Shown here: positions 26,549-36,315 of the stretch, in pieces
How positions within the stretch are numbered: the first letter of the stretch is position 1
Layout of the letters: every line of letters begins with the position of its first letter
NCBI GenBank assembly: GCA_016282955.1
Contig: JAEELX010000104.1
Coordinates: 1 to 48,452 of the forward strand
DNA from: Paludibacteraceae bacterium
Lineage (GTDB): Bacteria > Bacteroidota > Bacteroidia > Bacteroidales > Paludibacteraceae
Reading direction: 5' to 3'
DNA length: 48,452 nucleotides
Notes under the pieces: model-generated
The model's database searches: none
What the model was told of the DNA's origin: nothing
Seen by the model: the letters and a program-made list of their open reading frames with translations, nothing else
Translations under genes and position numbers: made by a program

Positions 26549-26842
26549 TTATACCGTCATTTCAATGTTCCACGTAAATGCTCGTACACCCACTTCTTCG
26601 TTACGCATATCCAATTTTTTGACGTAATCCAAGAGTTGTTCCACTTGGTCGTCTTCCACAACTGTGATGATGCACGAATTGAGTTCAGGCCACGCATGAG
26701 TGCCTCGGTGTGGCACGCCCGTATGCGTACCACTACCTTGCACTTCTTCAAAAAACGTAAAACCTTTTATCGATAACGATTCAAGCAAGTATTCAACACG
26801 CTCAGTGTTGGCTTGATTAAAAACAATCATTACACTTTTCAT
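26549..26842 (-). CDS. Small transporter-associated protein (PG0541-type, P-II-like fold suspected)
   Basis: 97 aa. Overlaps the RND pump gene by 4 nt. I recognise this as the small family that follows RND pumps in Bacteroidales. The family name is from memory. Confidence 0.55.
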   Translation of the reverse strand: MKSVMIVFNQANTERVEYLLESLSIKGFTFFEEVQGSGTHTGVPHRGTHAWPELNSCIITVVEDDQVEQLLDYVKKLDMRNEEVGVRAFTWNIEMTV

Positions 26843-29800
26843 ACTTTTTCCTCCTCTGATTTATTTTTTGGGGTTTTGATTTGTAAGAAAATAAAGCTCT
26901 TCTGTACTTCGGCTTTCTTGTCGCGGTCGCCATGTTTAGAGGTTGCACCGTAGAAAATAGGCACGATAAACAGCGTTAAGAACGTCGAAACGGTCAAACC
27001 ACCAATCACCACGATACCCAACGGTTGCCACATCTCGGCACCCTCACCCGAACTTACAGCCATAGGAATCATACCCAAAACGGTTGTAAATGCCGTCATA
27101 AGCACAGGACGCAAACGGCTTCGTCCCGACACCTGAATGGCTTCGTTGAGTTCCAAGCCACGTTCACGCATCAGGTTGATATAATCCACCAACACGATAC
27201 CGTTCTTCACCACAATACCCACCAGAAGCACGAGTCCCAACGCACCAATCATATCCAACGATTTGCCCGAAATCCAGAGTGCCAAAATCACACCCGACAA
27301 AGCAAACGGCACTGAGAACATAATGATACCTGGCTTACCGAAGGACTCAAACTGCGATGCCATCACCACGTACACCAAGAAAATAATCAAGGCACCCAGC
27401 ATAGCGATGTTGCGGAACGTGTTTTGTTGGTCTTCGTAGTCGCCACCAAAACGGATGACATACCCCGAAGGCACGTCCAACTTCGGAATGACTTGCTCTT
27501 GCACTTGTGTTGCCAACTCACCCAACGAGGTCTTGTACGGCGTGATATTCACCGTTACGATACGTTGGCGAGACTTACGCTCAATGGTTGGAGGAGCCCA
27601 GTATTCGCCGATAGAACATATCTCGGAGAGTTTGACTTTTTTGCCCGTTGCTGTGGGAAGGGTCAAATCCAGAATGTCGGAGATAGAATTACGATTTTCC
27701 TCTTTCAAACGCACCAAGATGTCGTATTCCGAACCGTCTTCTTTGAGGTAGCCACTGGACATACCGTACACACGGTTTCGCAAATAGGTTGAAACGGCTG
27801 CCGAGGTTAAGCCCAAACGAGTCGCTTTTTCTTTATCAATGGTGATTTTGATTTCGGGGACATCGTCATCACGCGATATTTGTGCATCACGGGCACCCGG
27901 CAACTCCATCGAGAGTCGACTTAGTTGGTCTGCTAAAGCCGAGGTTTTATCAAAATCATAGCCATAAATCTCGATGCCGAGCGTACTTGCACCACCCATA
28001 CCACCACCTGAGCCGGTCGATACTTGGTATTCAATTACTTCGGGGTACTTGGCAATCTCCTGTCGCACCACTTCGGCAATATCCCAAATAGTGCGTTCAC
28101 GCTCCCATTTCTTGTTGACGCGAACTCGCATGGAGATTGTATTGTTCATCGTGGAGGAGAACAAAGCCGAAATAGAGGCATCTTCGTTGGAACCTGCAGA
28201 GGTGTTAATCAGTTCTGTTTCAGGCACCAATTCAACGATACGTGCTTCCAATTTGCGAGCCGTTTTTAAGGTTTGTTCCAGTCGAGTACCACGTTGCACT
28301 TTGAGCGAAATAGACAAGCGGGCGTTATCTTGGGCTTGCATAAAGTCCGTTCCCACCTTGCCAAAAACCACAGGCAACAACGACAAAGCAAACACCAAGA
28401 AAAGGGTTCCAAATGTTGCCGCTTTATGTTGCAAGCACCAACCCAAAGCCTGAGCGTAAGCGTTATCGATTTTATCCAACATTTTAACGACCGTCTTGTC
28501 GTACCATGTTTGGTGGTCTTTATCCTCTACCAAGTCGCCAAATTCGTTGACGTACACTTTTCTTGCCTTCAATAGTTTGGAGCAAAGCATCGGCGTAAGC
28601 GAGATAGCCACCAAGGTTGAAGTACAACAAACTATCGTTACAATCCAACCTAATTCTTTGAACAAGATACCTGCCATACCCGTAAGCATCGTCAAGGGCA
28701 CGAATACGGCAACCAACACCAAGGTCGTCGCAATAACCGACACCCACACCTCGTTCGTTCCGTAGATAGCAGCCTCACGCGGGTTCTCGCCACGCTCCAC
28801 ATGGTGCGTAATGTTTTCCAACACCACAATCGCATCGTCCACCACCATACCAATCGCAATCGTCAACGAACAAAGCGAGATGATGTTCAGCGACGAATCA
28901 ACCAATTTCAAGTAAATAAACGAAACGATGAGGGCGATAGGAATCGTGATACCAATGATGAACGTTGCACGCCATCTTCCCAAGAAGAACAGCACCACCA
29001 AAATCACGAATAACAGTGCGTACAACACCGATTCTTCCAACGAGTTGATGGAGTTTTGGATATTCGAAGACGAGTCCCAGATTTCGCGAATCTCAATATC
29101 AGTCGGTAAGGTCTTTTGGATTTTAGCCAACTCTCTTTTCACTTTGTGGCACACTTGCACCGCATTGGCACCCGTTTGTTTTGCCACCACCAACCGCACA
29201 GCCTCTCGTCCGTCCGTCTTTTCATCCAACGTCAAGTCCTTAATCGTATCACGCACCGTAGCAATATCACGCACAAAGACCTGTTGTCCCGTGAGCGTTG
29301 TGGTGAGCAAAAGCGATTCTATCTCTTTGGAATCCAAGTACTCCGAACGCACCTGCATCTGATACTGCTCTTTTTCCATCTTCACCGTACCGCTGGAGAG
29401 GTTGAGGTTATTGGCAGTAACGATGTTTCCGACTTGCTCCAAGGTGAGTCCGTAGGCGTCTAATTTTTCTTGGTCAATATCCACATAAACATACCGTTTT
29501 GGGGAACCTGAAAAAGACACGTTACCGATTCCGTCAATTTGGTTCAACTGTGGAATGACCTCGTCGTTCAGTATCTTATCCAAGCCCGAATAACTTTCTT
29601 TGGCAGTGAACGAACACTGGTAAATAGGCATACTACTCGTGGATAATTTGAAGATAATCGGCGTACCACAGTTGTCGGGCAGATTATCCTTAGTCATATC
29701 CACGAATGATCGTATATCGTTGACCGCCTCATCTATATTCGAGCCCCATTCCAGTTCCAGCATCACCATGGACATGTTATCCTTCGACTGCGAAGTAAGG

Positions 29801-30036
29801 TGTTTGAGGTGAGTAACGGACGTAAGGGAGTTTTCCAATATCTTGGTAACGTTAGTCTCCATTTCGGAGGCACTCGCACCCGGATAGGTAGTTAGCACCG
29901 TGATATACGGCGGGTCCATTTCTGGGAATTGGTCGACAGGCAACTGCACGTAACAGAACACCCCCACAATAATCACCGCAAGGAAGATCAGCAGGGTGGT
30001 TACCGGCTTTTGTATCGACGTTTTATAGATACTCAT
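26839..30036 (-). CDS. RND efflux transporter permease (AcrB/HAE1-like)
   Basis: 1065 aa with 12-TM topology and two large periplasmic loops, showing typical AcrB-family sequence. Confidence 0.9.
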   Translation of the reverse strand: MSIYKTSIQKPVTTLLIFLAVIIVGVFCYVQLPVDQFPEMDPPYITVLTTYPGASASEMETNVTKILENSLTSVTHLKHLTSQSKDNMSMVMLELEWGSNIDEAVNDIRSFVDMTKDNLPDNCGTPIIFKLSTSSMPIYQCSFTAKESYSGLDKILNDEVIPQLNQIDGIGNVSFSGSPKRYVYVDIDQEKLDAYGLTLEQVGNIVTANNLNLSSGTVKMEKEQYQMQVRSEYLDSKEIESLLLTTTLTGQQVFVRDIATVRDTIKDLTLDEKTDGREAVRLVVAKQTGANAVQVCHKVKRELAKIQKTLPTDIEIREIWDSSSNIQNSINSLEESVLYALLFVILVVLFFLGRWRATFIIGITIPIALIVSFIYLKLVDSSLNIISLCSLTIAIGMVVDDAIVVLENITHHVERGENPREAAIYGTNEVWVSVIATTLVLVAVFVPLTMLTGMAGILFKELGWIVTIVCCTSTLVAISLTPMLCSKLLKARKVYVNEFGDLVEDKDHQTWYDKTVVKMLDKIDNAYAQALGWCLQHKAATFGTLFLVFALSLLPVVFGKVGTDFMQAQDNARLSISLKVQRGTRLEQTLKTARKLEARIVELVPETELINTSAGSNEDASISALFSSTMNNTISMRVRVNKKWERERTIWDIAEVVRQEIAKYPEVIEYQVSTGSGGGMGGASTLGIEIYGYDFDKTSALADQLSRLSMELPGARDAQISRDDDVPEIKITIDKEKATRLGLTSAAVSTYLRNRVYGMSSGYLKEDGSEYDILVRLKEENRNSISDILDLTLPTATGKKVKLSEICSIGEYWAPPTIERKSRQRIVTVNITPYKTSLGELATQVQEQVIPKLDVPSGYVIRFGGDYEDQQNTFRNIAMLGALIIFLVYVVMASQFESFGKPGIIMFSVPFALSGVILALWISGKSLDMIGALGLVLLVGIVVKNGIVLVDYINLMRERGLELNEAIQVSGRSRLRPVLMTAFTTVLGMIPMAVSSGEGAEMWQPLGIVVIGGLTVSTFLTLFIVPIFYGATSKHGDRDKKAEVQKSFIFLQIKTPKNKSEEEKV

Positions 30037-30048
30037 AATGCTTTCGTT

Positions 30049-31071
30049 TTATAAAGTTTGGTTGTTTGCAACTTCTATTTTCTTCCCGTCTACGAGTTTA
30101 CGTTGTCCATAAACAACATATTCGGCTCCTTCTTTGATTTCGGGTGCAATAATTTCCACATCTTCGTCATAACGCTCGCCCAAGGTAACGGTTACGCGTT
30201 TGGCACGACCATCTTCATTCAAGAAGACATAACGGTCGTTCGAACCAATCAATTTTTCTACCGATTGATACGGCACAACGATGGTTTTTTCATCACCCAA
30301 GTTGAGAGACGTGGTAACATACATACCTGGTTTGAGAGCATTGTCGCCGTTGGGGATTTGCACTTTACATTGGAAGGTATGCGTAGTGGCATCAATCGTA
30401 GGATACACCACTTCAATAAAGCCACGGAACGTCCGTTCGGGATACACCTCCGTTTTGAGCGTCAAAGCCATACCGTTTTTAATACGCGGATAATAGCGTT
30501 CGGGGATAGCGATAATCGTTTTGAGTTTATTCACTTGCGTATAAACCAAAATCGATTGTTGTCCCAAGTAAGTCTCACCATCGTCATAATTTCTTGCCGA
30601 AACCACACCTGCAAACGGTGCCCTGTAGAACGTGTTGAGTTCCAAGAAATTCAGGTTTTCTGCGGCTTGGTCATAACTTAATTTGAGTTGGTCGTATGCT
30701 TGTTGCGAAACCGACCCGTCTTTGATGAGTTCGTCCATACGTTGTTTTTCAACGGCCAAGTTTTCCATCGTCAACTTAGCAGTGCGGAATTGCGTTTGGG
30801 TCATACGCACCAACATATCGCCTTCCTCTTTTCTGTCGCCCACTTCCACAAAAATATGTTCTATTTTTCCTGTGATAGACGGAGCAACATTGAGGGTTTG
30901 GTAACCCAAAAGATTCGAACTCACTTGGAGGTTTCGTTGTACTAATCGCGGTTGCAAAATGATTGTTTGAACCACTTCGGCTTTTTCTTCTTCTGTTTGT
31001 TGGGTAGTCGTTCCTTTTGAACACGCTACAAAACTTGATAAAACCAATAAATAAACTGCAATTTTTTTCAT
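30049..31071 (-). CDS. RND efflux periplasmic adaptor (membrane fusion protein)
   Basis: 340 aa with a lipoprotein signal (FVAC) and a biotinyl-lipoyl/beta-barrel MFP layout. Confidence 0.85.
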   Translation of the reverse strand: MKKIAVYLLVLSSFVACSKGTTTQQTEEEKAEVVQTIILQPRLVQRNLQVSSNLLGYQTLNVAPSITGKIEHIFVEVGDRKEEGDMLVRMTQTQFRTAKLTMENLAVEKQRMDELIKDGSVSQQAYDQLKLSYDQAAENLNFLELNTFYRAPFAGVVSARNYDDGETYLGQQSILVYTQVNKLKTIIAIPERYYPRIKNGMALTLKTEVYPERTFRGFIEVVYPTIDATTHTFQCKVQIPNGDNALKPGMYVTTSLNLGDEKTIVVPYQSVEKLIGSNDRYVFLNEDGRAKRVTVTLGERYDEDVEIIAPEIKEGAEYVVYGQRKLVDGKKIEVANNQTL

Positions 31072-31075
31072 ATCA

Positions 31076-32410
31076 TCATCTTTTATTATTCAAAAATATA
31101 TTTAATTCTACTTGTGCCTGAATCATCGTCAAAACGGCTTGTACGTATGTCGATTGTGCACTAATTAAGTCATTAGAAGCCGTAGCGAGTTCTAATGCAG
31201 ACGCCGAGCCAGTGCGGTATTTGTTCGCCGTGTTATCAAATACGTGTTGCACCACCTTGATGTTATTTTTTTCATTCGCATACGTCTCGTACGCATTAGC
31301 GAGGTTGAAACGAAGTTGCTGGTCTTGGATACTTAAGTTATCCTTTGTTTCCAAGAGGGTATTGCGAGCCTGCTCTAAGCTAATCTTTTTCTCCTTCACA
31401 CCTGCAAGACGCTTCCCGCTCGACAAGATAGGCATCGCAAGCGTTAACGAAATCGTGTGAGGTGGGTTCATATTCATCGTGGCTTTGTCGGAAAGGTACT
31501 CTCGAGTGGAGTACTGATAGGCAAACGACAAGGTAGGTCCATACGCCCAAGCGGCTAAATGAACATTCTTCTTGGCGAGTTCCACCTGCTTTTCCAATAG
31601 TCGGTAGTTGTGATTATCGGCTATCACAAAATGGTCTTCCAAAGCCACCAACACGTTTTCTTCCGACATAATATCCTCAATTTTATCAACGAGTACAAGG
31701 TGCTCTCTTTCGTTCATTCCCATCAAAACGCGTAAGGAATTGGTTGCCAACTTCAAGTTACGTTCATTGGCTTTAATGCTGTTCTGCAAAGCCGTCAGAC
31801 GAATATCAATCTGGTCAGCAGCCGTTGACTCAACCGTTCCTACTTCTGCCATCTTGTGCGTTTGCTCTGCCACTTTTTCGAGGTTAGCATAACTATTCCT
31901 CAGCAGTTCTAAAATCTCCTGCATAACCAGTACAGCCACATAACTCTTGGTCACGTTTCCTCGCAGTTCGGTTTGACTTTTGTCATACGTGATTTTTTGC
32001 ATATCCAACGCCACCGAGTTGAGCAACGCACCCACTACCATCTGGCCATTGACAGCAATACTTGCCGTTACACCACCCGTGATATACGAAGGCATCGCAA
32101 TTTTCATCCCTGTCTGCCCCAACTCAGTCGAATAATCCAACATATTGACATACGTGCCATTCGCATCTACTTGTGGGAGCATTGCCGCAATGGTTTGCCA
32201 ACGCTGTACCCGTGCTTTTTTTACGTCTAAACTTGCGTTTTCAAAGCTCTTGTTGTGGGCAATAGCGTAGTCTTGTGCTTGAAGCAGACCCACTTGTATG
32301 TAGTCTACCGTATCCAGGCGAACACTATCTGCCACATCTGTTTGAGCCTTCAAACCGCAATGTAAAAACAGTAAAAAAACAGTAATCAATGTTTTTCGGT
32401 TCATTATCAT
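31076..32410 (-). CDS. TolC-family outer membrane efflux protein
   Basis: 444 aa with a signal peptide and two OEP repeats. Lies upstream of the MFP and RND genes. Confidence 0.85.
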   Translation of the reverse strand: MIMNRKTLITVFLLFLHCGLKAQTDVADSVRLDTVDYIQVGLLQAQDYAIAHNKSFENASLDVKKARVQRWQTIAAMLPQVDANGTYVNMLDYSTELGQTGMKIAMPSYITGGVTASIAVNGQMVVGALLNSVALDMQKITYDKSQTELRGNVTKSYVAVLVMQEILELLRNSYANLEKVAEQTHKMAEVGTVESTAADQIDIRLTALQNSIKANERNLKLATNSLRVLMGMNEREHLVLVDKIEDIMSEENVLVALEDHFVIADNHNYRLLEKQVELAKKNVHLAAWAYGPTLSFAYQYSTREYLSDKATMNMNPPHTISLTLAMPILSSGKRLAGVKEKKISLEQARNTLLETKDNLSIQDQQLRFNLANAYETYANEKNNIKVVQHVFDNTANKYRTGSASALELATASNDLISAQSTYVQAVLTMIQAQVELNIFLNNKR

Positions 32411-33024
32411 ATATCTTTTTTATTTAATTGCTTTTGTATTTGTTCAACACCAAACGGAGAAAGAAGTCCTTTGGCAAAAATCTTCAATATATTGCGAATA
32501 AAAACGGCGACTTGGTCTTTTTCTTCTTCCAAAATCATCTTGTGCAACACATTTTCATACAACATATTGAGTAAATTCGCCGTGATTTCCACCTCCAAAT
32601 CTTCCCACAAAAAACCTTCTTTTTTGCCTCGTTGCAACATTTCACGCAAAAAATTGATTTGATTTTGACGCGTATTTTGGAAATGCACTTTCTCCAATTG
32701 CGGGTAGTATTTGTGTAAATCGTACACAAAAGAGGGCGTTTTATGCAACGTGGGAGCAACATTATTATAAAAATGGAACGCATCCATCACAACATCTATA
32801 AAGTTACTGTTGCTCAAATACTTGTTGATTCGCTCGCTTTGTTTTTGCTCCAAAATCGTCAAAACCAACTCCACCAACTCTTCTTTGTTGGCGAAATGCT
32901 GGTAAAACGTTTTTTTGGAGATGCCAAATTGTTGGGCAATATCATCTACTGTGATAGATTTTATGCCCACCTTGCACATCAAATCCACTGTAGCATTAAT
33001 TATATTCTCTTTTACATCGGTCAT
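32407..33024 (-). CDS. TetR/AcrR-family transcriptional regulator
   Basis: Has the HTH ITVDDIAQQFGISKKTFYQHF. The ATG at 33024 (MTDVKEN) is preferred over the track's TTG at 33120, because a -7-like box (33048-33055) lies between them. Confidence 0.8.
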   Translation of the reverse strand: MTDVKENIINATVDLMCKVGIKSITVDDIAQQFGISKKTFYQHFANKEELVELVLTILEQKQSERINKYLSNSNFIDVVMDAFHFYNNVAPTLHKTPSFVYDLHKYYPQLEKVHFQNTRQNQINFLREMLQRGKKEGFLWEDLEVEITANLLNMLYENVLHKMILEEEKDQVAVFIRNILKIFAKGLLSPFGVEQIQKQLNKKDI

Positions 33025-33073
33025 ATTTTTCTGCGACAAAACGCTTGCGAAAATAGTATTATTTTTTAAAATG

Positions 33074-33099
33074 GAAACTATTTTTACGAAAAAAGTTTC
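33074..33099. promoter_or_regulatory. Near-perfect palindrome, candidate TetR operator
   Basis: GAAACTATTTTTACGAAAAAAGTTTC: 6-bp arms GAAACT/AGTTTC around an internally symmetric T5-ACG-A5 core. Lies 50-75 nt upstream of the tetR ATG, in the divergent tetR/tRNA-Glu region. Confidence 0.3.
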
Positions 33100-33184
33100 T
33101 TTGTAACATTCAGTTTGCAAAATGTTTTAAAAAAGTGCGTGAAATAAAAAAATTATATTACTTTCGTGTCGCGTAGATTTTCTG

Positions 33185-33257
33185 GGTGCTATCGTCTAGG
33201 GGTCTAGGACAACGGCCTCTCACGCCGTAAACTCGGGTTCGAATCCCGATAGCACTA
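33185..33257 (+). tRNA. tRNA-Glu (anticodon CTC)
   Basis: Cloverleaf by eye: acceptor GGTGCTA/TAGCACT (G1-U72 wobble), D-arm GTCT-AGGGGTCT-AGGAC, anticodon arm ACGGC-CTCTCAC-GCCGT and T-arm TCGGG-TTCGAAT-CCCGA. Discriminator A is followed by an encoded CCA (33258-33260). Confidence 0.9.
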
Positions 33258-33263
33258 CCACAA

Positions 33264-34211
33264 ATGAAAGGACTTGTTATCAAAATAAACAGCAATAACT
33301 ATTTGGTCGAAATTCCTCCAGAAAGTGTTGCTGTTTCTGTTTCCCAAACACCCAAAATCGTTTCCGCCGACATCAAAGGCAATATGCGATTGCAAAATAT
33401 CCGCAGCACCAATCCGGTCGTAGTAGGCGATTGGGTAGAGGTGGACGAGCAAGGCTGGATAACCGAGATTTACGACCGCAAAAACTACATCGTCCGCAAG
33501 TCCACCAACCTGAGCAAACAAACCCACATCTTAGCGGCAAACATTGATTTGGCAATCCTCATGGTTACCATCACCAACCCCGTAACGACCACGACTTTTA
33601 TTGACCGTTTTTTGGCAACTGCCGAAGCTTACGAGGTGCCGATTTGTATGATTTTCAACAAGATAGACCTGTACAACGAAGCCGAAAAACAGCAGATGCA
33701 AACCTTAATGGACTTGTATCAAAAAATCGGCTACACCTGTTACGCTCTTTCTTGCTTGGATTGCGAAGACCTTAAAGGCGAGTTGATGGCACTTTTAAGC
33801 CATAAAATAACACTTTTGAGTGGACATTCGGGAGTCGGGAAATCGTCTTTTATCAATGCTTTGTGTGGCGAAACAACTGCCAAAGTGGGCGATTTGTCGC
33901 GAGTGCACCACAAAGGCATGCACACCACCACTTTTTCGCAAATGTACCATCTGCCGAACGACATCCGCATCATTGACGCACCCGGAATCAAAGGTTTTGG
34001 TTCGGTGGATATGAAAAAAGAGGAAATCACGCACTACTTCAAGGATATTTTTCAGTATGCTCAGCAGTGTCGTTTTTCCGATTGCTCGCATACGCACGAA
34101 GCCCATTGTGCCGTTTTGCAAGCCGTAAAAAATGGCGACATTGCCCTCAGTCGCTACGAGAGTTACCTCAATATGCTCACGGACGAAAACGAAAAATATC
34201 GAATCGGCTAA
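33264..34211 (+). CDS. rsgA: Ribosome small-subunit-dependent GTPase A
   Basis: 315 aa. Has an N-terminal OB-like region, a circularly permuted GTPase (GHSGVGKSSFINAL, DAPGIKGF) and a zinc knuckle (CRFSDCSHTHEAHCAV). Confidence 0.9.
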   Translation: MKGLVIKINSNNYLVEIPPESVAVSVSQTPKIVSADIKGNMRLQNIRSTNPVVVGDWVEVDEQGWITEIYDRKNYIVRKSTNLSKQTHILAANIDLAILMVTITNPVTTTTFIDRFLATAEAYEVPICMIFNKIDLYNEAEKQQMQTLMDLYQKIGYTCYALSCLDCEDLKGELMALLSHKITLLSGHSGVGKSSFINALCGETTAKVGDLSRVHHKGMHTTTFSQMYHLPNDIRIIDAPGIKGFGSVDMKKEEITHYFKDIFQYAQQCRFSDCSHTHEAHCAVLQAVKNGDIALSRYESYLNMLTDENEKYRIG

Positions 34212-34807
34212 CTGAAAATTTCGGTTAAAATCGGCAGCGAATGGGGTTTAGAAAAATTATCTATATGCCCTTCGTAATACGAACACAAATAAAACAGTAT
34301 CGCCTGACGTTCTTTTCGCCCAATCGGATTATCCGAAAACAAAGGCAACAAAACTTCGTTGATGGGATCGTTGAAATCGATGGAAAATCCCAGATGTTGT
34401 GCCAAACCCACCATAAAATGCAGGTGCAAGTTGCTCACATTTTCTGCCCTATCCAACTCCTCTATTATGTTTTGTGTGTAGGCAAACAACGCATCGTCGG
34501 GCAACGGATGCCGCAACGTGATGTGCAGTAGTTCTGCCATAAACATCGCAATGCACTGTCGCACGGGGTCAAAAGGTATTTTTTGAGGGACAAAAGCCCG
34601 CTCGATAGAGTTGATGTTTTGGACGGGTTTCGAGGTCGAATGGTAGGTTATCTCCACAATCGACAGGTACGCGAGTGCTGGCTTATGCTTATTACCATAC
34701 AGCCCGAAAGTCATACGACCCTCGGACTGTGTGAAAAGATGTAATAACGTAACGTTATCCTTGTGTTGCTGCCACCCTAAAACGATGCCAAGCGTTTTGA
34801 TGAGCAT
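34208..34807 (-). CDS. recO: DNA repair protein RecO
   Basis: 199 aa with an N-terminal OB-fold pattern typical of RecO. Convergent with rsgA, with a 4-nt overlap. Confidence 0.75.
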   Translation of the reverse strand: MLIKTLGIVLGWQQHKDNVTLLHLFTQSEGRMTFGLYGNKHKPALAYLSIVEITYHSTSKPVQNINSIERAFVPQKIPFDPVRQCIAMFMAELLHITLRHPLPDDALFAYTQNIIEELDRAENVSNLHLHFMVGLAQHLGFSIDFNDPINEVLLPLFSDNPIGRKERQAILFYLCSYYEGHIDNFSKPHSLPILTEIFS

Positions 34808-34810
34808 AGT

Positions 34811-36292
34811 TTAGAATGTTGCCTTACGCATGTCGCCCAACTCTGCAAAAGCCTCGTGCATATTGAATGCTTTGTGCAAGTTATGGGGCGTATGTGCGGT
34901 TGGGCAGGTCTTCAAGTAACTCCGCAACAAATCTTTGTATTCGTCAGCAACGCAGTTCTCGATGATTTCGTGAGCACGTTGGATAGGACTCTTTCCGCGT
35001 AAGTCAGCGATACCATTTTCCGTGATAAGTATCTTGACGCTGTGTTCGGAGTGGTCCATGTGGCTCACCATCGGAACGATAGCCGAGATAGCACCGTCTT
35101 TTGCCGTAGAAGGCGTGGTGTAGATACTTACGTAAGCATTGCGGGTAAAGTCGCCACTACCACCGATACCATTCATCATCTTCGTTCCCAAGACGTGCGT
35201 TGAATTGATGTTACCAAAAATATCTGCTTCCAAAGCCGTGTTAATCGTAATCAAACCCATACGACGAATCAATTCGGGGTTGTTACTCAACTCTTGTGGA
35301 CGCAACACGATTTTATCGCGGAAGAAATCAATATGGTCAACGATATCTTGCAATTTATCGGCTCCAATCGTGAGCGAACAACCACTTGCAAATTTTACGC
35401 GACCCTCTTTGAGCAAGCCAACCACCGAGTCTTGAATCACTTCGGTGTACATCTCAAAAGCAGGGATATGTGGGTTTTCGCCCAAAGCACCCAAGACGGC
35501 GTTTGCGATATTTCCCACACCACTTTGAATCGGCAGGAACGACTTTGGAATACGACCTGATTTCATTTCGCCTTCCAAAAATGCTGCCACGTTGTCGCCA
35601 ATACGTTTGGTTGTCTCGTCCAACTCAGTGAACTTACCTACTTCGTTGGGACGGTTGGTTTTTACCACTGCCACGATTTTTTTCGGGTCTACTTTGATGC
35701 AATCCGAACCGATACGGTCAGAAGGTTTGTAGATTGGAATCTCTTTGCGGTAAGGTGGGTCAGCGGGTTCGTAGATGTCGTGCAAACCACGCATACAAGC
35801 CGGCATAGCCTCGTTCAACTCTACAATGATTTTGTCAGCCAAATGGCAGAAAGTCGGCATATTTCCCACACCAGCCGTTGGTACAATCTCACCGTCTTCG
35901 GTTACGATACACGCTTCCACGATGGCTACATCAGGTTTAGGCAAGAAGCCGTAACGGATGTTTTGTGCCAACTCGCTCAAATGCAAATCAAAGTAGTGGA
36001 CATTTTGTTTGTTCAACTCCGCACGCATATCCTTCGTACTTTGATACGGCGTTCTGAACTGCACTGCTTGAGCCCGTGCCAACATACCATCGCACGAGTC
36101 ACCCGTCGAAGCACCTGTGTACATACCAATCTTGAAAGGTTTGCCTTCTGCGTGCAACTTTTCAGCTTTGTGTGCAATTGCGGTTGGAACATCCTTTGGT
36201 GCACCTGCAGGCGTAAAACCACCCATACCAACTATATCACCATTGTTCACAAATTCGGCTGCCTCTTGAGCCGTCATAAATTTTAATGCCAT
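34811..36292 (-). CDS. Acetyl-CoA hydrolase/transferase family protein (succinate/acetate CoA-transferase type)
   Basis: 493 aa with family-typical GMGGFTPAGAP N-terminal and GIGGSGDFTRNA C-terminal motifs. Confidence 0.85.
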   Translation of the reverse strand: MALKFMTAQEAAEFVNNGDIVGMGGFTPAGAPKDVPTAIAHKAEKLHAEGKPFKIGMYTGASTGDSCDGMLARAQAVQFRTPYQSTKDMRAELNKQNVHYFDLHLSELAQNIRYGFLPKPDVAIVEACIVTEDGEIVPTAGVGNMPTFCHLADKIIVELNEAMPACMRGLHDIYEPADPPYRKEIPIYKPSDRIGSDCIKVDPKKIVAVVKTNRPNEVGKFTELDETTKRIGDNVAAFLEGEMKSGRIPKSFLPIQSGVGNIANAVLGALGENPHIPAFEMYTEVIQDSVVGLLKEGRVKFASGCSLTIGADKLQDIVDHIDFFRDKIVLRPQELSNNPELIRRMGLITINTALEADIFGNINSTHVLGTKMMNGIGGSGDFTRNAYVSIYTTPSTAKDGAISAIVPMVSHMDHSEHSVKILITENGIADLRGKSPIQRAHEIIENCVADEYKDLLRSYLKTCPTAHTPHNLHKAFNMHEAFAELGDMRKATF

Positions 36293-36315
36293 AATCTATT
36301 TATTTAATCAAAAAT

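Noticed and set aside
33025-33120. The TTG-initiated 32-aa extension of the TetR regulator.
   Set aside because: The -7-like box and the candidate operator lie inside this extension. The TetR HTH domain begins shortly after the ATG at 33024.
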